A DNA stretch of 56,286 nt, counting the filler, from Sphacelaria rigidula (lineage: Eukaryota): assembly GCA_964200075.2 (NCBI GenBank). It is 3 parts of 3 records of this genome, joined end to end, with 100 filler letters (N's around TTAATTAATTAA, not from the genome) between each part and the next. Parts side by side here need not be neighbours in the genome. Positions count along the whole stretch, not along the records: positions 37,593 to 56,286 come from CAXNAA020000813.1; 2 more parts are not named here. One strand, written 5' to 3'. Shown piece by piece: positions 48,101 to 56,286 of the stretch (position 1 is its first letter; every line of letters begins with the position of its first letter). Both the position numbers and the translations under genes were made by a program. The notes beneath the pieces were generated by a model, which ran no database searches, was not told where the DNA came from, and worked only from the letters and a program-made list of their open reading frames with translations.

Positions 48101-49434
48101 TTCAGCCCGCGTGCAGCGCCGCGCCCCAAATCGAAAAATGAATCATGCTTTACCCTTTATTGTTCCAAAAGCATGAGAAGGTGTACCCTTTCTTTTACGC
48201 GTGTGTGTGTTGTCCCCTTTATTCTGGGCGCCGGTTTACACCTGTGGATATATGTGGGCACACCAGGTGGGGTTACACAGGAGGAAGGTCAAGAGGGGAA
48301 GTTTTTCATTTTTGTTTGTTATTGGTCCTCCACCTCCCTCCTGCGGTGTTTGCCTTTGTTCTTATCGCGAGAGACGTTCTACAGTCTCTTTCCCTCGTCC
48401 ATCATCGAGTCAAAGTTAATTTCCTCACGGCATGGTCGCTCTCTACTGTTGTGCATTGTGTGAGTAAAATCCCAGGTCGCTCCGAGAGATGAACCCACGA
48501 CCCAATCGGCAGAGGGTTTCGAGGTTACCAACGGAGCCACCCGGGCGACCGGCATAACGCGTGTAACTCAAGTCTACTGAACTGTCGACAGCAACTGGTT
48601 GGCACACGCGGTGACAACCCTCGGTACTATTCGGGTGCAGCTTTTAAGGCACAGCAAGCTCCCGGGGACCAAGTACTGCATATTCAAACAGCTACGCTAC
48701 CGGAGGTTCGTCTCTAGATTCGTCTCTACTCTTAGTGGCGAAATACAGGCGACAGTCAGTACAGTAATAGACCAAAGTGGCTGCCACTGCATGATCCAAA
48801 TCAGATTTCAAAATGATTCAACGGTTGTTTGTGTGTTGCTGCCGGTCAAGTTTGTAGCTCCTAGCGCGAGTGAAAGACAGCGTAAAATGAGGGTCAGCCC
48901 GCTCACATAAAATCACCTCAACGAATGAAACAGAATGCTCGGGAGTCAATGCACTGCTGCACCATTTCTCGCTCGAGTGGTTTACTTGAACGGCACACGG
49001 GGCAGTTGCGTCCTCTTGCGTTCGCTTGGGCATTTCCGTTTTCAAACTTGATGTGAGAATGCAGTCGTCGATGCCGATCCGATTTTTGCAGGGAAGCGGA
49101 CGCGACACACCGATCGCATCGCTTGAGCTCACGTGCACTTAGTGCCTCTACTCCGAAGGCAGTCGAAGAAGTACATATGTAGTGCACTGTACTAGCATAG
49201 TAGAGAGCATAAAACAACACGTACCTGAAATCTACGTTCAGCGTCGCCGCTGCAATCGAAGGCACCCGCTGCGTCTTGAACCTTATGGCTATCCCCCCAA
49301 CCGTGGCGCTGCAGCTGCTGGTGCTGCTGTTGATTCTTGATAGACAAACGCACCAAAGAAGCCACAGTCTGAAGTTCCTCGTCCACCTTATCCAGAGGCT
49401 CCCGCGCCATCTCGGCCGAATCGCTCATTGACAT
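39670..49434 (-). CDS. ZW10: Centromere/kinetochore protein ZW10 homologue, N-terminal four exons (3' part not seen)
   Basis: Exons 49434-49225, 44559-44401, 41741-41546, 39806-39670 are phase-compatible. HLGEVNRLAAQAARCKSVITALDGL...LLMKNDYVAAAAAISRAETLL...VLRALRRLLLKRRTDMERHL fits, from memory, the ZW10 N-terminal pattern (GE..L..Q..R...V...L..L...L....YV..A.....A...L). Confidence 0.7.
40018..40387 (-). mobile_element. tRNA-SINE copy
   Basis: Reverse complement starts GCCGGTCGCCCCGGTGGCTCAGTTGG; same body. Confidence 0.8.
41546..41741 (-). CDS. ZW10: ZW10 exon 3
   Basis: ctccag|GCG GAC GAG...GCA G|GTACAG. Confidence 0.78.
42660..42905 (-). repeat. Inverted homologue of 37925-38170
   Basis: By-eye alignment over ~240 bp. 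Confidence 0.7.
44401..44559 (-). CDS. ZW10: ZW10 exon 2 (GC donor)
   Basis: ttttcgccag|GCT CTG AAG...ATT CAG|GCGAGA; phase 0 at both ends. Confidence 0.75.
45104..45250. repeat. (ACT)n microsatellite degenerating into ACAACT repeats
   Basis: Direct reading. Confidence 0.9.
45620..46739 (-). mobile_element. Degenerate RTE-clade LINE (RT C-terminal half, ORF end and 3' UTR)
   Basis: FRLTVSESKTESVCL...GAGQRY...ANISIEVNR...WARLRRRSSQLYD...LPLK and GQWHLGVEKG...HKREAAALKAAN*. Confidence 0.8.
46740..47334. mobile_element. Stowaway-like (Tc1/mariner) MITE with TA TSD
   Basis: TA|CTCCCTCTGTCCCGTAAGTAAAGGTCCTTATG ... CATAAGGACCTCTACTTATGGGGCAGAAGAAG|TA. Confidence 0.8.
48201..48553 (-). mobile_element. 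tRNA-SINE copy
   Basis: Same family, head at 48553. Confidence 0.8.
49225..49434 (-). CDS. ZW10: ZW10 probable first coding exon
   Basis: MSMSDSAEMAREPLDKVDEELQTVASLVRLSIK...RRFQ|GTACGT; start codon uncertain. Confidence 0.65.
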
Positions 49435-50206
49435 TGGTATCGTGTGTGTTACACAAGTAGATCGATCCCTGAGGTATCCCAATGCGGTAGTGTCGACCTC
49501 GCCAAATTTTGGCCTATTTCATTGCCACATGGGTTCGTTGCACTCAGACCCACGATCGAAACATCGTTCGTATCGTTGACGCTGGTCGGCATCGTTTACA
49601 AGGAGGGCAAAACTTAGTGATGCCGCGATAGCCGTCCCCCAAACCAGTCCCAAAACTGCCTTGAGGAAAATGGGCATGCAGCGCATGATGGACAGTTTCA
49701 GACTGCGTGAAGCGCCTCATATGGACGACGTTGGCGAAGGCGATCTCAAGCGTGGGATTTCCCAGCTGGTCGATGTGCTTGGCTTCAAGTTCAGTTTGAT
49801 TTTCATTTAGATTTCACCTCCTCAAACCAGCCACTTTTCTGGGGGAGGGGAGAGGGAGTTGTCGCAGCATCAGTCTACTATGTACAGTACTGAATTTCCC
49901 TCTCTTCGCCTTTTGTCTAGCGTTTAAATAGGGACAATATACTAAAAAGGGTACACCCTGGTGCTTTTGGAACAAAAAAGGGTAACCCTTTTCCCGCTTT
50001 GGGGCAAGGATCTCGATTACCTGAGCACCCGTAATTACCGGTAACACATATGATGGGGGGTAGGTAATACATATTTTGGCGGTAATAAGGGTCTCAAGTT
50101 TCTGTCGCATCCACGGGCCCCCCTTTTGCATTCCGCGTAGCCTCTACTTGTAGAAGCAGCAGCAGCAGCAGCAGCAGCAGCATGAAACAGCAGCAATTTT
50201 ACACCC

Positions 50207-53200
50207 CTATAGCTCTACACGAACAGCGGACCGGCATGAGCACGAACAGCGTTGGGGATATTCTTCCTCCCGGAGGAGTCTGGGTTCTCCATCTTGCCCA
50301 AATAATCTTGAGCCCGAAGATGTCGAGGGGCGTGCAGCGCTACTTCGCTTCGTGAAAGTGACGAAAGCGTCTGTGCAACACTCCACGATGTTGTGGGCGA
50401 TTGCTAGGTTTACCAGGGTGACAGCACGCTTCATCGGACTTACTTGCATTCACAAATTGAAAATAGACCGGCGGCGACAAGGCGACAATATGATAGCAGT
50501 GATGTAAGATGAGATGGAATGATGGTGCGGAAGTGTGGAACTACAAAAAAGCGCGCTCAAACCTCCTCTCTGGCGTTAATATACTGATTTTAGTGCAGAA
50601 CTGTGGAAACCCGGGGATACACCACGAATCATCCCCGTTTTGCGGTAAATCAGAGGTAAGATATTAAAATTGCTGATGTCAGGAGGTTACGGTAAATTGT
50701 AAGTTATTAGTCTAATCTGGGGTAATCGACATCCTTGCTTTGGGGCATATAGCTATCCAGCACAAAATGTTCGGCGGTAACATTTTTTACACGAATACAG
50801 TAATTGACAAATACAATAAATAATGGCATCTTGGAGTCGACGAAGGGGCGGAAGAAGAGTTTGAGGACACGCAGCGACGCAAAGACGAAAAACTTGAATC
50901 GAACCGCCGCCGCCACAAACGAGAGAAGAGGCTGTTGCATCGAGAGCAGCCAACCGGAGAAATGCCCTCGCTGCACAAAAATAGCGCACGAGGGATACAA
51001 GCTGAAAATGACCGAGAAATTGACCCGCTTCGAACACAGAAAGCCGTACACAATACTCGAAGTACTCACGATAACACCCCTGATACGAGATTGGATCTCG
51101 GCCCGCAGCCGTCATTGCTCGAACGTGTGTGCTTGAGAACGGTAGCGGCAATGGGAACAACGTCCTGTTTTTCGACGACGTGTTATGTAGCGCACGGAGG
51201 CACGTCCTGTCGGAAAAGAGGGACAGAAATAGAGCCTTCTCGAAAATGGGGATAAACATTATTAAATGAGGTTGAAACCCCCTTCCATTCTTTTTAACTC
51301 TGCCCGAATAGTTTGAAAAACGGAAGCATCGTCAGATAATTTGTTCCTGTTCGAAGCTAAGCTGGTGTGGTTAGGTGAACTCAATTAATGCGTGTCCAAG
51401 CACGCGATCTGTCTTTTTTTCTTACACAATGCCAAAGGGTGGAGAGCGACCATGCCGTGGGTACAACACAAGAAGTTCGACTTCAGAGTCGACGGGGGAA
51501 AGGGACTGCTGAACCCCTCTCGGGGTAAAAAAGAAGGGAAGCACAGCAGCAGGAGAAACGTGGGGTACTCAAGCAAAATTAAAAAAACTGAGAAGCTACT
51601 GTGTTGACTTTCCTCCTGTGTGACCCCGGCTATTGCGCGCACATGTGCCGAAAGGTGTATGTAGACTGGCGACCAGAATAGATGGGATCACACACGCGTG
51701 TGTCGATGATGATGCAACCGGAGGAGCAACGTCGGAAAGGAAGCTCCTCGCCCGTGCCCTTTTGTTGTCTTCGTTCGGCGATTCCCAACCGCTGGAGAAA
51801 GATTGGCATCCTGTAAACCACGACATACCCAATTCGCCTACCCTTTCGTCGGTACAAGAACGGCAGGGGTTTGGCTGGACAGGTCCCGCAAGAAGATCGA
51901 GTTACCGCATCTTGACGCATGTATTCGTGCCTTGTCTGTGGCGGTGACTGATGCAAAGATCGATCCCTTTTTGACTCTTTTTGGACAGGACGTGCCTCTG
52001 TACGCTACATAACACGTCGTCGAAAAACAGGGCGATGTTCCCATTGCCGCTACCGTTCTCGGGCGCCTACGTGCGAGCAATGACGGTTGCGCCGAGATCC
52101 AATCGCGTGTGTGGGGGTTGTTAACGTTGGTTATGGCCTACGCTCGGCACAAGGGCAATCGTACACACCCCGTTTGGGGGGATACTGTGGAGAAGCCACG
52201 CGCGTGGAGACTTTCATGGTATGCAGAGTGAAATAAAATACCTCTGGCGGTGACCCAGCTGCTGCTGGCGTGGCCCACATGGGAGCTTGCATGCTGTACT
52301 CTGTGGGCTGCAGCGCGTATTATGTGATATACAGTCGATGCGCACCATTGTGGCGGGTGGTGTCTTTCAATTTTCAACTCCGGGGAGGGCATCACAAGCT
52401 TTCGCCTGACACGAGATATGGTTCCACCGGGAGCAAGAGCTTTCTCGTGACATATGAATTGCATGCCGTTTTATTCGTGGCCCATCCAGTCATGCACTTA
52501 CCAGAAAACTCTCGGTGGGATTAAACGTCAACTTAGGCACCAAACGAGGCGAGCCCGAGCATGCGAACACACGATCTCATGCACGGCACAACGAAAGCAT
52601 GGCACGCGAGTCGCACCAAACAGGGTATGGATGCTAGCAGCACCATTCGACGGTGAAATTAGTGTAGTGTGAATCGATGTTGTCTGTATCCCGAAGCATG
52701 TCGAGGCAACACGCTACTCACAGTAAGCGCCAATAGGTGAAAGCCCACTTACTACTCCGACACGTTGACACTTTGTCATGTCGCGCGGTGGACAATCCAA
52801 GAGTAGTAACCGGACGAGTATTAATATCATCAAAGCACGATGTCAGTAAGGAGATTTGTCGAATCTCATTCGAACTCTAGACGAAGAGTTCATGTGTCGG
52901 GTACAGAGCTACTCGGGGGGAAGTGTCATCGCTACTTCTTTCCGACACACCTGGACAACATTGAATAAGGATGAGACGCACGTGATATTGTACAACCGAA
53001 ATCTAGCGCCCGCCGGTCGGCATCGTTTGTAACTGTTCTGCGATAAATTTTCCGTAATCAAACTATACAGTACACACCTCACTGCTCCGATGGCAGATGA
53101 GACGGACATAATGGTCTCGACTTCTCGGCGCCCACGAGAGAACGGGCTACATATACGAAACACAACACTGCACCGCCTGTCAACACTCATTCAACTAGGC

Positions 53201-55527
53201 CACAACCATAGAAATACAAACTCTTCGAAAGACACCTACACGACAAAACACGAAAAAGAACGACAGTAAGGATTGGAAGTGCGGAAGGAGGCTCGAATCT
53301 CCAAACTCCAAACAACAGAAAACAAAACATGAACGCGAAGCGCAACAGAGCGGCGCACGAAGCGAGACTCAACAAAACCACCGAAAAATAAACAAGCACA
53401 CAAGACGCTCGATCTCCCACCTAAGCACACCCCCAGAACACGCGAACCTCGGAGAGAAAGACATGAACTACAACAGCTAGGAGTGGATGACGACACAACA
53501 CGCAGAAAATACCCCTACCCCGCAACAACTCGATTACGACAAGTTATTTCTCATCTCCAAGACGGCTTACGCCTAATAAGATAAAAACATTCGGAATACT
53601 TCGGCTATCCGTAGTCACTCCACACGTCCCACACGGCACCAGCTTTGCATCAACACATCGGCAGCAATGGAAACTCTGGGATCGATATGATGGGAAGACA
53701 AAGTCTGCCATCCCGCATGACCGGCCAGCCATTTTCGTATCAAGTGCCCTGAGCTCTGTGCACATCTACGTACCAAGCGCTTCCAACACAATCGATAACG
53801 CACATATCTCCAATGGTTGTGTCTGTGAGATAGCGAAAAAACGTGCCACAAGCGTGGCGCTCTATATAGTCTGGTGCAGAGTGCGCAGCTAAAGACCCCT
53901 TCAGACCGAATTACTTCACCAACCTCAATGCTGCGGGAGTGCTGGGTGCTTCTTGCCGAAAGAAGCGCGAAATAAATCCAAGAAATATCCCTTATGCAAC
54001 GGAATGACCCACAAAATCAAAAAATCAAAAGAGGACAGCGAACAAGGCTGTACCCCGTTAAAGTTCAAGTGTACACCCGCAGCATGCAAATACATATATA
54101 GTACATCCATCTCTTTTTGCCCCGAAGAATTCTGAATCATGGGAAAATGCCGCGAACGACTCAATACTGTGGTACGCACACGTACTGTCTTTCCCCGTTG
54201 TGTTCACAAAAACATCATCGATATCCAAATCGCGGTCAAATGGCATTATGAACATTCTCGGCATCGTTGCCTATACACGACATACTTCATACCACGAACC
54301 AGTTATCGTCATCCAACTTCTCACCCAAGAGCTACTGTACCTAAACGAACCTGCCCGATAATGACGAGTCTTACCGCAAGTGAAACAGACGAAGGTGCGG
54401 ATTGAAGCAGAAAGCAGTCCCGTCTGCCCACCGATCGGTTCAGCAAGTCAGCCAACGTCGGCGCCGCTTGACAAATGGTTTCACCCACGTTCAAGTCTCT
54501 GTGAACATCTGACTCTGACTGTAACTACCCTCGCTCCTGCCCTTCCGCCCATCTTCCCCTACTTCTGCCCATACTGTACCCGTGGTTCGGACAGCTTTTA
54601 GTTACGTTGTACCCCAAATAGGAAATGGGGCGTGGATGATGAAAAGCCCAAACATGGCGGATGTGAAATAACAAAAAAGGAGCGTAACTCCTTTCGTCAC
54701 CATCAAACGATTTCAAAGGAAAAAAAGAGTCAGAAACATCAATTTCGACGACACCGGAAGTCGATGTCACATGAACGACGTAGTGGAAATAAAAACACTG
54801 TGCACTTCACGAATGTACTAGCATAGCACAACTGCACGGCCTGCGGGTGGGTATCTTCTCCAGTTTACACGTCCCCGTCTGGAGGCGGCAGGATTGAGCA
54901 GAAGCTGTACATCCCTTTCCAACCATCTTTGATGTTACTAATAACACGTGACATCAAACGGGGGGCGAGCGGGGGCTGTTCTCCGCTACACGACATCCGT
55001 GAGGATCCCCGAATCCTCGAAATATTAACTTGACATCTCGCGTACTTCGCCACGCATCTTCTCCGCCGCTCATTGCTTTGATTTATTCCACCCACCATCA
55101 CTTGGGAAATTCCCTCACTTCGTATGTATCTCCATTTCTCGCGAATCATTTCCAACGGTATGTCGTGTGTGTTTTTTGCCATGCCGACCCGTGCTTTTCT
55201 CATGGTGGGCCTTGCCCTAGTTACTCCTAAATATACGAAGGGAAAGGGAGGCCGTGGGGCACGCCTCTACACCGCATCACCGAAAAAATCTAGAATATAT
55301 GTGCCTATACTGGACTCAAGGAAGACATATTAAAAGGCATTGAAAGCATAGGGGTTTAGCTTTAACTATGGCTTGCGTGTGTTTCGTCGAATCCTGCTGA
55401 GAAGGGTTCTGGCTTGTCGCTCGTTGATGACTAGATCTTGCTCTGCGCTGTGGATTGCGGCGCTCACATCGCCTAGCACGCTCGCCACGGCCCTTTCCGT
55501 GGCAGTAGCTGGACGAAGCATGGCAGC
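50207..55527 (-). CDS. Candidate multi-exon gene, unidentified helical protein
   Basis: Exons 53765-53640 (phase 2/2), 52405-52242 (2/1) and 50403-50207 (1/stop) chain in frame; a further coding-like exon starts at 55527 (cag|GCT GCC ATG) with an unclear donor. Confidence 0.45.
50800..50960 (+). mobile_element. RTE LINE 3' ORF-end fragment
   Basis: TGGCATCTTGGAGTCGA...CCACAAACGAGAG matches the reverse complement of 45820-45930. Confidence 0.65.
51066..52127. mobile_element. Long-TIR non-autonomous element containing a SINE
   Basis: ~160-bp inverted arms 51066-51230 / 51965-52127. Confidence 0.8.
51403..51695 (+). mobile_element. 5'-truncated tRNA-SINE copy
   Basis: Same body and tail; lies between the TIRs above. 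Confidence 0.8.
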
Positions 55528-56286
55528 CTGTACCACAAAACGAGTCAAATAATAATTTTAGCGGCACGACAAAAAAAGGCTTCGCGAAAACAAGAAAAAG
55601 GAATGCCGCCGCAGAAACATATTGACAAAAGCTCAGGGAACACATACGCAGAGCAGGAAGGTACAAAAACAAGTCACGATGAAAACGTACGCATATCTAG
55701 ATGTATTCAGAGAACGAAACATCGATTACATTCTGACGACTTTGTGCAAAAATGCCCCCTGTTTGCAAGAGGTTAGTTCGATTCGAGCGCAACGAGAGAA
55801 AAAAAAACACGGGTGACATTGGACAGCAAACTAAGAAAACTGCTACGCATATTACTTCAGTCTTCACCCAAGTGTTTGGGGGAGGGGAGGCGTAATCATT
55901 TGTTGCTTGATTTAGTCGTTTGAACATGGACCGCGCATCTCTTTCGTGACGGGGCACCGTTCCCACTCCGAATGAACACACCTCCAACAGTTGGGCGCTC
56001 ATTACGTCTCTTCCGTTCAGTACACATTTATTTTTAACATATTTTATCCCCTTCCTGTTTGCCATCTGTGGCCACCACCCATCTCCGTATAGCGACCATT
56101 TTATCGCTACCGTCTAATGCACCGAACAATTTCGTTCCCACTTCATTCACGTCCCACATTTCCCGCGCCAACACGTCCCGTTTCTCTTTGAGTAGTTAGA
56201 GCGGTAGGGGGGGGGGGGGGGGGGGGGGGGTTTTTTTTTTTTTTTTCCTTTGTGTTTTTTTCCCTGACCCACCCTCTCTCTGTGGG

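Noticed and set aside
56207-56286. Terminal poly-G/poly-T tract
   Set aside because: Typical low-quality contig end

Overview
Eukaryotic, intron- and repeat-rich DNA, most consistent with a brown alga (Phaeophyceae; inferred from gene architecture and repeat types). The window is three contigs of almost equal length (1-18696, 18797-37492, 37593-56286) joined by N44-TTAATTAATTAA-N44 linkers, so adjacency across the linkers is probably artificial. Contig 1 holds a 7-exon, 5'-truncated minus-strand gene whose exons splice in phase into a SPOC-like domain fused to a SPAG7-like R3H protein. It also holds the first exon of a Gly/Ser-rich gene preceded by a ~900-nt AUG-free leader. Contig 2 is mostly repeats, with one plus-strand exon that starts a protein-kinase domain and a decayed RTE-type LINE. 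Contig 3 holds the first four coding exons of a ZW10 homologue (one GC-AG intron) and candidate exons of an unidentified gene just upstream. The repeats include a tRNA-derived SINE family (9 segments), RTE LINE remnants, TTAA-flanked piggyBac-like MITEs, a Stowaway-like MITE, a TGA-TSD Harbinger-like element, minisatellite-bearing MITEs and several large foldbacks, often nested. There is no rRNA, functional tRNA or CRISPR array. All protein assignments come from manual motif recognition, not database searches.
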